From contig CAZYTL010000009.1 of the NCBI GenBank assembly GCA_964650355.1, forward strand, positions 413 through 64,412: a DNA stretch of 64,000 nt. The letters run 5' to 3'. A program made the position numbers and the translations under genes. Each line of letters starts with the position of its first letter. Within the stretch, counting starts at the first letter, position 1. The notes beneath the pieces were generated by a model that saw only the letters and a program-made list of their open reading frames with translations, did not search any database and was not told where the DNA came from. Shown piece after piece: positions 28,273 to 38,309 of this stretch. The DNA is from an uncultured Gammaproteobacteria bacterium. Its GTDB lineage: Bacteria > Patescibacteriota > Microgenomatia > CAYXHB01 > CAZYTL01.

Positions 28273-28974
28273 ATGACCACTATCGGTTATCGGGAAGTGG
28301 ATCGCAATCCAGTCATACCAAGATTGAATAAAAACATCATCAATTTGTTGACGCGATTATGTTTTAGGCAGGACGATGTGGTTAATCATGCTGACTTAAT
28401 ATTTTTCTTTTCAACTCAACATCATACCCAAAAGGCGGTTAAATTAATTACAAAATTATTAAATAATCAAGTTGCGCCAAAGATATTAATTACCGGAGGT
28501 AATCCTCCGTATCCTGACACCAGTGTTGAGGTAATTGAATCGCAACAAATTTTAAATTTGTTGAACAAATCAAAATTTCCTCATATTGATTTCTATTCAG
28601 AACAAACATCGCGTAATTTACAGGAAAATGTTATTCACTCGATACCGATAATTAAAAAAATAAATCCTCAAAAAATATTATTTGTGACTAAATCACATGC
28701 TGCCGGTCGCTCATATCTAACTCTTAAAAAACAATTTCCTCGAGTTCAGTTAAAGCAAATCACTTATAATGTTAAATATGAAAATAGCCCTCATGAAATT
28801 ACCAAACAGAATTGGTACACCTTTAAATCCGGTAAGCAAAGAGTTTGGGGTGAATTTTTAAGGATTAAGTTGTATGGAAGACGCGGCGACATTGAATATG
28901 ATGACGTACAAGATCTAATTATCCAAATTGAAAATAGTATCAATAAGTCAAGATATGGGCAAAAGCTTACGTAA
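28273..28974 (+). CDS. DUF218 (YdcF/ElyC-like) domain protein
   Basis: ILITGG...EQTSRNLQENV...LFVTKSHAAGRSY match DUF218 blocks (GG; E..S.NT.EN; lVTs.yHm.R); 3' end overlaps the annotated ftsW start by 47 nt. Confidence 0.55.
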   Translation: MTTIGYREVDRNPVIPRLNKNIINLLTRLCFRQDDVVNHADLIFFFSTQHHTQKAVKLITKLLNNQVAPKILITGGNPPYPDTSVEVIESQQILNLLNKSKFPHIDFYSEQTSRNLQENVIHSIPIIKKINPQKILFVTKSHAAGRSYLTLKKQFPRVQLKQITYNVKYENSPHEITKQNWYTFKSGKQRVWGEFLRIKLYGRRGDIEYDDVQDLIIQIENSINKSRYGQKLT

Positions 28975-30184
28975 AGGAACTAAAACGTCTTGGAAAGATC
29001 GACTGAAAAGGAAAACAGTCTATGAAGGTTCCACCAAAACAAAAAAGCTTGCAGACAGACAGTTTTTCATTTTGGTAACTGGGTTGCTATTGTTCGGAGT
29101 GGTAATGGTTTACAACTCTTCTGTAGTAACTGCATTTCAGCAGTTCGGAGACAAATTTCATTTCGCCAAGTTACAAGTGGTTTGGGCGGCGTTAGGCTTT
29201 ATAGCCATGTTGATAACGGCGAAAATTCCTTATCATTGGTGGAGAATTTATGCCAAGCCCATGCTGTACGCCACGATTGGTTTGTTGATTCTGGTGTTGA
29301 TTCCGGGAGTAACGAATCCTATCTACGGCGCCAAACGCTGGATTTCGATCGGAGAATTAACCATTCAGCCTGCAGAGCTAGCCAAATTTAGTCTGGTGAT
29401 TTATTTGGCCAGTGTGTTGCCGGGAATGCGGGTCGGTTATCGGAAAAAATCGTCGGCGTTTCGGTTAAAGAATTTGCTCAAGTTGCGCTTAAGCCAAAAG
29501 GAGGAGAAAATAACTATGTCTCAACTGTTGTTCAGAGTAGGCTTGGTTTTGGGGTTAGTGATCATTGAGCCGGACCTAGGGACTACGCTGGTGCTGGTGG
29601 GAACAGCGTTGATAATTTATTGGGTATCCGGGGCACCGGTCAAGCAATTTGTAGGACTGATAGGAATGGGATTTGCATCTGTTTTAGGCTTAATTTTTTC
29701 CAGTTCATACCGGGCGGAGCGGCTGAAAACTTTTTTTAACCCCATGAGAGATCCGTTAGGAAGCTCATATCATATCCGGCAAGTGCTATTGGCGTTGGGG
29801 TCAGGCGGGTGGCTAGGTTTGGGTTTAGGACAATCAAGACAAAAGTATTCTTATTTACCCGAAGTGACGACGGATTCAATTTTCGCTGTGATTGGAGAAG
29901 AAATTGGTTTTCTGGGAGCAGCGGTGGTGTTACTGGTGTTTTTGGGTCTGATTCTTAAAGGGTTGCAGATTGCCAATCGGTGTCCGGACCAGTTTGGTAA
30001 ATTGCTGGCCACGGGTATGATTGCCTGGATCGGTGCTCAGGCGGTGATCAATTTTTCCGCCATGGTCGTGTTGGTGCCACTGACCGGTATTCCCCTCCCA
30101 TTTATCTCCTACGGAGGCTCCTCATTGGTGGTGGCATTGGCCAGCATGGGAATTGTTTTGAATATATCAAAGCATGCAAAATGA
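28928..30184 (+). CDS. ftsW: SEDS-family peptidoglycan polymerase FtsW
   Basis: ~10 TM; motifs EPDLGTTLVL, GSGGWLGLGLGQSRQKYSYLPEVTTDSIFAVIGEE, PFISYGGSSL. The true start may be an internal Met downstream of 28928. Confidence 0.85.
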   Translation: MKIVSISQDMGKSLRKGTKTSWKDRLKRKTVYEGSTKTKKLADRQFFILVTGLLLFGVVMVYNSSVVTAFQQFGDKFHFAKLQVVWAALGFIAMLITAKIPYHWWRIYAKPMLYATIGLLILVLIPGVTNPIYGAKRWISIGELTIQPAELAKFSLVIYLASVLPGMRVGYRKKSSAFRLKNLLKLRLSQKEEKITMSQLLFRVGLVLGLVIIEPDLGTTLVLVGTALIIYWVSGAPVKQFVGLIGMGFASVLGLIFSSSYRAERLKTFFNPMRDPLGSSYHIRQVLLALGSGGWLGLGLGQSRQKYSYLPEVTTDSIFAVIGEEIGFLGAAVVLLVFLGLILKGLQIANRCPDQFGKLLATGMIAWIGAQAVINFSAMVVLVPLTGIPLPFISYGGSSLVVALASMGIVLNISKHAK

Positions 30185-30199
30185 TATAATTCTTGCTAT

Positions 30200-31519
30200 A
30201 TGAAGGCCAAACAAGTATATCGGAAATATAATATTCCACCAAATTTACAGCGACATATGCTTCAAGTGGCGAGTTTAGCGAAAATTATTAGTGATCATTG
30301 GATAGGGCCGGAAATCAATGAGGACAGGATTATTAAAGTTTGTTTAATTCATGACATGGGGAATTTACTAAGGTTTGCTTTTCGTGAACATTTAGATCTT
30401 TGGGGTGAAGAGAAACGGAATTTAGACAAGTGGAAAAAGATCCGTGATCAGATGGAAAAAAAATACGGCCCAAATGAACAGTTAGCAACTCTAAAAATAG
30501 CTAAAGAAATTGGTGCTGATGAAAGAATGTTATTTTTGATTAAAAATAAAAGTTTTCGCTATACGGATAAAACTGCCAAATCCGATGATTGGGAATTGAA
30601 AATTATTACCTATGCTGGCCAGAGAATTGGACCTTCTGGCTTGTTAACATTAAAACAACGATTTGAAGAAATTAAAGATCGGCATAAAAATCGAGTAAAA
30701 ACGGGGTATTATCTGCCTGGCAGAGAAGTTCTAATCCAAAGTGCTTTCAAACTCGAACTGGCAATTCAAAAATATTTAGATATTGATTTATCAAAATTAT
30801 TTACTAAAGAGATAGATAATTTTAATACTCTCCGAAATTACCCACTGATTTCTAAACCTCAAAATGTGACGGCTAAACAAATATATATAAAATACAGGGT
30901 TCCTTTAAATATTCAAGTACATATGCTGCAAGTGGCAAATTTAGCACAGTGGATTGTTGCCCGTTGGCAAGGTCCGAATTTTGATACGGAAAGTGTAATT
31001 AAGGCTTGTTTAATTCATGACATTGGTAATTTAGTAATTGATGATTTAGGTGGCGAGTCTCTGGTTCTAAAAAATAATCCAGAAGGACTAACTTACTGGA
31101 AAAAAGTAAAAGACAGAATGATTAAAAAATATGGCAATAATGAACATGAAGTAACTTTAAGGATAGCCAAAGAAATTGGAATGGAGAGAATAGTTATCTC
31201 TTTATTAAGGAATATGTCTTTTAGCCGTACGCAAGACACTTTGATATCTAATAGCTGGGAACGTAAAATCTGCACTTACGTGAATCAACGAGTTGGTCCC
31301 AATGGAATAATAAGTCTCCAAGAGAGATTTGCAGATGTGAAACGCCGGTATCAACGATTACCCAATGCTAGTATTAATCTCCCGAATAGAAATGAATTGA
31401 TAAACTACGCATTTGAAATTGAGCAGGAAATTAAGGAAAATGTCGACATAGATCTTAAACAAGTTACAGAGAAGAGTATCGAGGAAAATTTTGATCTTTT
31501 ATCAGACGTTCGGATTTAG
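30200..31519 (+). CDS. Internally duplicated HD-domain protein (two YfbR-like 5'-deoxynucleotidase-type HD repeats)
   Basis: Residues ~1-215 and ~216-439 align: KQVYRKYNIPPNLQRHMLQVASLAKII...CLIHDMGNL...KKYGPNEQLATLKIAKEIG vs KQIYIKYRVPLNIQVHMLQVANLAQWI...CLIHDIGNL...KKYGNNEHEVTLRIAKEIG. Confidence 0.75.
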   Translation: MKAKQVYRKYNIPPNLQRHMLQVASLAKIISDHWIGPEINEDRIIKVCLIHDMGNLLRFAFREHLDLWGEEKRNLDKWKKIRDQMEKKYGPNEQLATLKIAKEIGADERMLFLIKNKSFRYTDKTAKSDDWELKIITYAGQRIGPSGLLTLKQRFEEIKDRHKNRVKTGYYLPGREVLIQSAFKLELAIQKYLDIDLSKLFTKEIDNFNTLRNYPLISKPQNVTAKQIYIKYRVPLNIQVHMLQVANLAQWIVARWQGPNFDTESVIKACLIHDIGNLVIDDLGGESLVLKNNPEGLTYWKKVKDRMIKKYGNNEHEVTLRIAKEIGMERIVISLLRNMSFSRTQDTLISNSWERKICTYVNQRVGPNGIISLQERFADVKRRYQRLPNASINLPNRNELINYAFEIEQEIKENVDIDLKQVTEKSIEENFDLLSDVRI

Positions 31520-31550
31520 ATATGCTAAAGATCTGAAAGGCTGATTAATA

Positions 31551-32141
31551 CTATTTTAAATATCCGATCGAAATATTGTGGTCTTTGTATATATGTTTGG
31601 TTTTTACATAATTAATGAATGCAATTCGACGTTCAGGATATAAATTTTTAGAGAAATTAAAATATAATCGATTTCCCACTTCGTCTAGCAAAGCTTCTGT
31701 TAGATGTTCATAATAAATTTCCCTTGTAATATCAAATAATCCATCCTGATATGCTTTTAAAGCCTGTTCCCATCGATAGGTAGATATAAATTCCAATTTG
31801 TCAGCATCAAATAAGATTTTCGATTCTAATAACGTTTGTTCTTTTGATATTGAATGCTCATTGATAATTTGAATTATTAAATCGATAACCGCGTTAGGTA
31901 GTAGATGTTGCTTAAGTAGAAGCTTTAATTTTTTATGCTGGTTGTTCTTATTATGTGTTTCATAGTCATGAGCCAAAGCAGCGATTTCTAGTATCTGTAA
32001 GTTAGGAGACAGTTTTTCATGGTTAATAATTTCATAACAGTTTTTCAACACTTCATAGTGATGGAAAATGTCATGAAACACATCAAATGGTTCAGTAGCA
32101 ACGGCCTTCTTGATATCGTGAACTAATTTGGAGTGATTCAT
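31551..32141 (-). CDS. HD-domain phosphohydrolase
   Basis: DIFHHYEVLKNC...LEIAALAHDYET...DADKL (H..H, HD, D). Confidence 0.7.
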   Translation of the reverse strand: MNHSKLVHDIKKAVATEPFDVFHDIFHHYEVLKNCYEIINHEKLSPNLQILEIAALAHDYETHNKNNQHKKLKLLLKQHLLPNAVIDLIIQIINEHSISKEQTLLESKILFDADKLEFISTYRWEQALKAYQDGLFDITREIYYEHLTEALLDEVGNRLYFNFSKNLYPERRIAFINYVKTKHIYKDHNISIGYLK

Positions 32142-32187
32142 AACAATTTGATTTTACCAGTTAAAAAACTTTTTATATACTTGAGGT

Positions 32188-32973
32188 ATGACTCTTTATG
32201 ATACGATTGGGAAAAATTATACGGTAACCAGAAAGCCTGATCATCGGATAACGAAGGCAATTATTGATTACCTCGACTTATCTGCACCGGCTACTATCGC
32301 AGATGTCGGCGCCGGTACCGGAAATTATAGTTTGGAATTAGCCAAAAAGGGATTTAGAGTCTTAGCTATTGAACCTTCCGAGGTAATGAGAAGACACGCC
32401 AAGAGGCACAAAAATATAAAATATATTAAAGGTGTAGCTGAAGATTTGCCTTTAGGTGCCAAGTCGGTAGATGGGATTATTTGTTTAGCGGCGATACATT
32501 TTTTCTACGACTTAAATAGGGTTTTCAAGGAAATGAAACGGGTATTAAAGAAGAAAGGTAAAATAGTTATTTTTATGGTTGATCCATCATTGCGATCTCA
32601 AGACTGTTGGTTAGATCATTATTTTGCACCGTATAATCAATCTGAATATAACTTTCCTCCTATCAAAAAGGTTACTAGTGTATTAAGTCAGATATTCCAA
32701 AGCCCAGTAAAGATTGTGCCTTTCCTCTTACCTGATGATTTAGAAGATCATTTTTTCTTATCTGGCTGGCGACGGCCACATTTATACTTAAGCGATAAGT
32801 TTTGCGAAGGTATTTCATCCCTAGCAGTAATTCCTAAAAATAGACTCCATCAAATCCAAAACAAGTTAAAACGTGATCTGAAATCCGGCAAATTTGAAAA
32901 AAAATACGGATATCTGAAAAAACTTGATAAATATGAGGGTGGTTATAGATTTTTAGTAATTCAAAATCTTTGA
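32188..32973 (+). CDS. Class I SAM-dependent methyltransferase
   Basis: Motif I IADVGAGTGNYSLELAKKGFRVLAIEPS. Confidence 0.8.
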   Translation: MTLYDTIGKNYTVTRKPDHRITKAIIDYLDLSAPATIADVGAGTGNYSLELAKKGFRVLAIEPSEVMRRHAKRHKNIKYIKGVAEDLPLGAKSVDGIICLAAIHFFYDLNRVFKEMKRVLKKKGKIVIFMVDPSLRSQDCWLDHYFAPYNQSEYNFPPIKKVTSVLSQIFQSPVKIVPFLLPDDLEDHFFLSGWRRPHLYLSDKFCEGISSLAVIPKNRLHQIQNKLKRDLKSGKFEKKYGYLKKLDKYEGGYRFLVIQNL

Positions 32974-32993
32974 TTGCTGGATTGACTTAGATT

Positions 32994-34139
32994 ATGCGGA
33001 AAAAAATTGTTCTCACTGGTGGGCACATTACACCGGCACTAGCCTTGATCGAGGTCCTGAAACAAGTTCAGGATGACGGGGGTTCGGAAAGCTGGGAGGT
33101 TTATTTTTTCGGTAGGACACGGGCGATGCGCGATGATAGAGACTTATCATTGGAAGCCAAATTGGTTCCTCGATTAGGAGTGAAGTTTATTCCCTTAATA
33201 ACGGGAAGATATAGAAGGAAGGTTAATTTGAGGAATCTGTATTCGATGGCTAAGATTCCTGTGGGGGTGATCCATGCTTTGATTTTATTAATTAAAGTGA
33301 AGCCGGACATCGTGGTATCGTTCGGAGGATATCTGGGTTTACCAACTGTAATAGCCGCTTGGTTGTTAAGAATTCCTTCAGTCATCCATGAACAAACGAT
33401 TTGTGCCGGTTTAGCAAATCGGCTATCAGCCAGATTTGCTACTAAAATTGCGATTTCTTTTCCAACAAGTAAAAGTTATTTTCCTGAAAACAAAACGATT
33501 TTTACCGGAAATGCAATGGCACCAGGCATTTTTAATAAAGATAAAAATTTAATCAAAAAGTACACAGGAAAATTTAGTAATGCTCATACTATTTACATTA
33601 CCACCGGCAATCAGGGAGCGCGCGATGTGAATAAAATAATACTTGAGGCCTTACCAAAATTACTAACCAAATATAATATTATTCACCAAATAGGTAGCAC
33701 TGAAAGCCAAATGCAGGAATGGAAAAAGGCGCAGGAAATGTTAACCACTTTACCAAATAACCTATCCAACAATTACTTTCCAGTTAAGTTTGTTCCTCAT
33801 GAAGAAAGGGGGGCTGCATTTTCTACTGCTGATTTAATTATTAGTAGAGGAGGGGCAAATACAATCTGGGATATTGCCTTACTTGAAAAGCCGGCGATGA
33901 TTATTCCTTTGGAACCAACCAACATGGATGAGCAACTAAAAAATGCAAGATATTTAGAAAAAGCAGGGTTGGGTAAATTAATTCGCGAGGAAGATTTGAC
34001 CCCCGATACTTTAATTAATCAAATTAACAAGATGTTTGATAAATTGAAAAGTTATAAGTTGAAGAGTGAGTATCGGAAAATGTTTAGAAAAGACGGAGCC
34101 TTGAAATTATATGAACTAATAAAAGAAACTGTGCATTAG
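32994..34139 (+). CDS. murG: UDP-GlcNAc:undecaprenyl-PP-MurNAc-pentapeptide GlcNAc transferase
   Basis: N-terminal VLTGGHITPALAL (GGTGGH-like) and C-terminal ADLIISRGGANTIWDIALLEKPAMIIP. Confidence 0.8.
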   Translation: MRKKIVLTGGHITPALALIEVLKQVQDDGGSESWEVYFFGRTRAMRDDRDLSLEAKLVPRLGVKFIPLITGRYRRKVNLRNLYSMAKIPVGVIHALILLIKVKPDIVVSFGGYLGLPTVIAAWLLRIPSVIHEQTICAGLANRLSARFATKIAISFPTSKSYFPENKTIFTGNAMAPGIFNKDKNLIKKYTGKFSNAHTIYITTGNQGARDVNKIILEALPKLLTKYNIIHQIGSTESQMQEWKKAQEMLTTLPNNLSNNYFPVKFVPHEERGAAFSTADLIISRGGANTIWDIALLEKPAMIIPLEPTNMDEQLKNARYLEKAGLGKLIREEDLTPDTLINQINKMFDKLKSYKLKSEYRKMFRKDGALKLYELIKETVH

Positions 34140-34209
34140 GAAACTTGTTGTTGAACAGTTGGTTTGGTCTTTTTACTAACTTCTATGATCTATGCTATAA
34201 TTCAATTTA

Positions 34210-34734
34210 ATGAAGTATAGGACTATTCTGGTGATTTTAGTTTTGGCAATGATTTTGTCTGGTTGTAGTTTATGGCCTTTTGCTCAACAGGAGCAGGCGC
34301 CGGCGCCAGAGCCGACGGTTACTCCCACCAGCGCCATGGAACAGGTAAAAGGTGTGAAAGAGGAATTGGAATTAAAAACCCGCACTACCTTGCCGACTGA
34401 TGCAGAGCAGGCCATCTTGCGTGATGTGAGCGGCAGCGGCGGAAGCGGAATCGCCACTCGCAAGTGGGACGGAGTCAGGTTTGAACATACGATTTTAGCT
34501 GACTTACCCAGTTTGAAAGACGGAGAGTTTTATGCCGGCTGGCTGGTGAGAGGACAACCGACCGAAGCCGGTTTTAGCGTGAGATCAACTGGAAGGCTAC
34601 GATTGGTGAAAGGAGGGTGGGTACTGGATTATACTACCGGTCAAAATCTATCGGATTACAACGGGGTAGTGGTGACCAGAGAATTAAAAGACGACAGCCA
34701 ACCCGAATTGCATATGTTGGAAGGAAGTTTTTAG
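34210..34734 (+). CDS. Lipoprotein, hypothetical
   Basis: Signal peptide with lipobox LSGCS. Confidence 0.55.
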   Translation: MKYRTILVILVLAMILSGCSLWPFAQQEQAPAPEPTVTPTSAMEQVKGVKEELELKTRTTLPTDAEQAILRDVSGSGGSGIATRKWDGVRFEHTILADLPSLKDGEFYAGWLVRGQPTEAGFSVRSTGRLRLVKGGWVLDYTTGQNLSDYNGVVVTRELKDDSQPELHMLEGSF

Positions 34735-34785
34735 AAGTTAGGATATGGTAGCAGCTAGCTGAGGAACTTACGTTAATGGGATTTG

Positions 34786-35061
34786 CTACAGTCCGAATTG
34801 GGGAAAGACTTGAGCCGAAGTGGGAGTGGCAGCAGGCGGTGTGGGTGTAGTATCTTCCAAATACGGTTGATTAGGAACATATTCCGGGGTGGGTGTTTCA
34901 TAATAGGAGCCGGGACTACCGGTGGGCAGAGAGTTGCCATTGTTAGAATTAGAGGTATTTAAGATCGAGAAGGCGAAGATGAGCAGGGCGATGACAATCA
35001 CAAATCCTATGCCTAAGAGGGCAAGTGTGGTCATGATGGTTTCTCTGGGAATGGCTGCCAT
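34786..35061 (-). CDS. Small membrane protein with Pro/Thr-rich tail, hypothetical
   Basis: TM TLALLGIGFVIVIALLIFAF. Confidence 0.4.
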   Translation of the reverse strand: MAAIPRETIMTTLALLGIGFVIVIALLIFAFSILNTSNSNNGNSLPTGSPGSYYETPTPEYVPNQPYLEDTTPTPPAATPTSAQVFPQFGL

Positions 35062-35128
35062 GGGTATAGTGTATATTAAGTTAGGTGGACATGTCTATGG
35101 GGGCACCGGTTATGGGTGATGATCGCTC

Positions 35129-35611
35129 GTGATAGAATGTGATATGGCAACAGCAATTATTGTTTCTAATTTAACTTTGATCTGGGTGATGGGGTTGGCG
35201 ATTCCCCTTTTATGGCTGAAAAGGGAGAAAACCGCAGCGATCAGAACTTTTTTTTCTGCCGGGATTGCCTGGTTTAGCGCTCAGGTGATTAAATCTCTTT
35301 TTTATGTTCCCAGGCCCTACTTAGTTGACCATGTACAAGCACTCGTATTGAAAGCACCGACAGATTCATCGTTCCCTTCCGGACATACCACCACTGCCTT
35401 TGCGATTGCCACCAGCTTGTACCTTTATAATCGCAAGTGGGGACTGGTAGGATACGCATTGGCGATTTTGGTTGGCTTATTGCGAATCTGGGGTAGAGTT
35501 CATACTCCAGTAGACGTGTTAGCAGGTGTGGTTCTAGGTACTTCAGTGACCTTGATAATTAGAGTTCTTTATGGCAAACTAGTGCTCTGGCGAAAAGTCA
35601 AGTCTGGTTAG
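35129..35611 (+). CDS. PAP2-family lipid phosphate phosphatase (undecaprenyl-PP phosphatase-like)
   Basis: PAP2 motifs PRP, PSGHTT, RIWGRVHTPVDVLAG. Confidence 0.75.
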   Translation: MIECDMATAIIVSNLTLIWVMGLAIPLLWLKREKTAAIRTFFSAGIAWFSAQVIKSLFYVPRPYLVDHVQALVLKAPTDSSFPSGHTTTAFAIATSLYLYNRKWGLVGYALAILVGLLRIWGRVHTPVDVLAGVVLGTSVTLIIRVLYGKLVLWRKVKSG

Positions 35612-35615
35612 GCAC

Positions 35616-38282
35616 TTGCTTTTTAGCACTTTGTTTGATAGACTGCTAATCATGGATCAACCTCTCCCCCCGAATTCCAACAATCAGAAGAATCAAGAAA
35701 TAAAATTAGACAGAGAACAGGGGAGAAAAGTAGCTCCTTTGGCTCCCATCAGAGACGTGGTGGTGTTTCCTCATACAGAAGCGATTTTAGCTTTTGGCAG
35801 GCCAAAGTCGATGGCTGCGGTAGAAGCAGGCCATCAATCAGGTCAGACGATTTGTTTATTCACTCAGAAGAATCCCGAAACTAAAGATCCCAAGGTGGAA
35901 GACTTATATGAGGTGGGGGTGTTAGTAGAGTTGGAAAGAGTGTTACAGATTGAAGGCATGATTCATGCCATTGTTAAGGGTATAAAAAGAGTGAGGCGTA
36001 CCAATTTAGTAGCGGAAACTCCGTACTTGGTAACCGAATACGAAGAAGTTGCTGAATTAACTGACCAGAATGATGAATTATCCGCCTTGGTGAAACATAC
36101 AACTTCTCAGTTTAAAAAGGCAGTTAATCTTGGTAAATCTGCTGATTTGAATATTTTTATGCGCATCATGTCCGGGGTAGGACCGGGTGAGTTGGCTGAT
36201 CAGGTTGCTTCTACCTTAGATATTGAGGTCTCGGCGAAACAAAAGATTTTAGAAATTGAGTCTGTAAACCAGAGATTAAATGAAGTAGTAAAGCATCTAG
36301 CCCATGAGATAAGGGTATTGGAGCTGGAATCGTCTATTTATAGTAAAACCCAGAAACGAATGGATAAATCAATGCGAGAAGCGATTTTAAGGGAGAGAAA
36401 GAAAACTATTGAGAATGAATTGCGTCGGTTGGGATATCAAGACAGTGATGCGGATATGAGGGATCCCGAAGTGTCAGAGCTGCAAAAGAAAATCAAGGAA
36501 GCGGGTATGCCTAAAGATGTCCAAAAAAAGGCGGAAAAAGAATTGAAGCGTCTGGCCCAGATGTCTATGCATAATCCGGAAAGAAGCTATCTACAGAATT
36601 ACCTGGATTGGTTAGTGGAAATGCCTTGGAGCAAATCGAGCAGCCAGGATCTGGAGTTGTCAGAAGCGATTAAGATTCTGGAGGAAGAACATTATGGACT
36701 AAAAAAGGTGAAAGAAAGAATCATTGAATATTTGGCAGTAATGAAATTAAAACAGCAAGCAAAACAATCAAAAACCAGCAAAGGTAATGGCCAACCTGCT
36801 AACAGTGAAGATGAAGATCAACTTAAAACCAACCCGGAAGATGACAAGCAAGGTAAAATCAAAAGTAAGAAACCGGAGGATAAAAGTGAAGCAAAGAAAG
36901 ATCAGACCAATGGAGCTACTATCTTGTGCTTGGTTGGCCCTCCGGGAGTGGGCAAGACATCGATTGGCAAATCAATCGCCAGGGCACTGGGAAGAAAATT
37001 TGTGCGTATGTCTCTGGGCGGGATTCGGGACGAAGCAGAAATTCGGGGCCACAGAAGAACTTATATTGGAGCTCTTCCCGGTCGGATTATCCAAGGCGTA
37101 AAGAATGCCGGCACCAATAATCCGGTGTTTATGCTGGATGAAATAGATAAATTGGGTACTGATTTCAGAGGAGATCCTTCCTCGGCATTGTTGGAAGCTT
37201 TGGATCCGGAACAAAATCGAGAGTTTTCCGATCATTATCTGGAAGTACCTTTTGATTTGTCTCAAGTGATGTTTCTGACCACGGCTAATTTGTTAGATCC
37301 CATTCCTCCGGCGCTAAAAGATCGGTTGGAGGTGATTGAGTTCACCGGATATACAGAAGAGGAAAAGGTGCAGATCGGTAGCAAATATCTGTGGCCCAAG
37401 CAATTAAAGATTCATGTTTTGCCTGAAGATTATAAGATCACGGAAGACGCCCTGAGGAAAGTGGTTCGCCATTATACTCGAGAGTCAGGGGTGAGAAATC
37501 TGGAAAGAAATTTGGCAACTATCTGCAGGAAAATAGCCAGACAACTGGCGGAGAAAAGCGATACGAAAAGTAAGGTGGTTGAGGAGAATCAAATTACCGA
37601 CTTCTTGGGCCCCATCAAATTCAGATCCCAGCTAGCAGACAAAAAGAATGATGTGGGGGTAGCTACCGGCTTGGCTTATACTCCGGTAGGAGGAAGTATA
37701 TTGTTTATTGAGGTGGCTTTAATGCCGGGCAAGGGTAAGTTGACCTTGACCGGGCATTTGGGACAAGTGATGAAAGAATCGTGTAAAGCTGCTCATACAT
37801 ATGTGAGAACCAGATGGAGGCAGTTGGGAATCAGTCAAGACCTGGTGCAGAAAACTGACGTGCATATTCACGTACCTGAGGGGGCAGTGCCCAAAGATGG
37901 CCCTTCGGCCGGAGCAGCGATTGCTACTGCGTTAACTTCTGCATTTACCCGGATTCCCAGCAGGAAAGACGTAGCGATGACCGGAGAGGTGACTTTAAGA
38001 GGCAGAGTGACTGAAATCGGCGGAGTGAAACAAAAGGTGATTGCCGCGCATCTGGCGGGCATTAAAACTGTAATTATGCCCAAGGATAATGAAAAGGACT
38101 TAAAGGAGATCCCGGAGAGTGTAAAAAAGGATATTAAGTTTGTGTTTGTGGATCATATGGATCAGGTGTTACCAGTAGCGTTAACCAAGCAACCAAACCC
38201 TAAAGAAGCAGCTTCCAGACAAAGTAAACGAACAGCTAACGGACATGAAGAGAGAATTCGCTCCGAAGTAGTGATGGTGTGA
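35616..38282 (+). CDS. lon: ATP-dependent Lon protease with a low-complexity insertion before the AAA+ module
   Basis: Lon N-domain, Walker A GPPGVGKTS, proteolytic DGPSAGAAIATALTS...K dyad region; Lys/Glu/Asp-rich ~60-aa insert (QQAKQSKTSKGNGQPANSEDEDQLKTNPEDDKQGKIKSKKPEDKSEAKKDQ). Confidence 0.9.
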   Translation: MLFSTLFDRLLIMDQPLPPNSNNQKNQEIKLDREQGRKVAPLAPIRDVVVFPHTEAILAFGRPKSMAAVEAGHQSGQTICLFTQKNPETKDPKVEDLYEVGVLVELERVLQIEGMIHAIVKGIKRVRRTNLVAETPYLVTEYEEVAELTDQNDELSALVKHTTSQFKKAVNLGKSADLNIFMRIMSGVGPGELADQVASTLDIEVSAKQKILEIESVNQRLNEVVKHLAHEIRVLELESSIYSKTQKRMDKSMREAILRERKKTIENELRRLGYQDSDADMRDPEVSELQKKIKEAGMPKDVQKKAEKELKRLAQMSMHNPERSYLQNYLDWLVEMPWSKSSSQDLELSEAIKILEEEHYGLKKVKERIIEYLAVMKLKQQAKQSKTSKGNGQPANSEDEDQLKTNPEDDKQGKIKSKKPEDKSEAKKDQTNGATILCLVGPPGVGKTSIGKSIARALGRKFVRMSLGGIRDEAEIRGHRRTYIGALPGRIIQGVKNAGTNNPVFMLDEIDKLGTDFRGDPSSALLEALDPEQNREFSDHYLEVPFDLSQVMFLTTANLLDPIPPALKDRLEVIEFTGYTEEEKVQIGSKYLWPKQLKIHVLPEDYKITEDALRKVVRHYTRESGVRNLERNLATICRKIARQLAEKSDTKSKVVEENQITDFLGPIKFRSQLADKKNDVGVATGLAYTPVGGSILFIEVALMPGKGKLTLTGHLGQVMKESCKAAHTYVRTRWRQLGISQDLVQKTDVHIHVPEGAVPKDGPSAGAAIATALTSAFTRIPSRKDVAMTGEVTLRGRVTEIGGVKQKVIAAHLAGIKTVIMPKDNEKDLKEIPESVKKDIKFVFVDHMDQVLPVALTKQPNPKEAASRQSKRTANGHEERIRSEVVMV

Positions 38283-38309
38283 ACTGAAGGCAGTTAAAGG
38301 TGAAGCACT

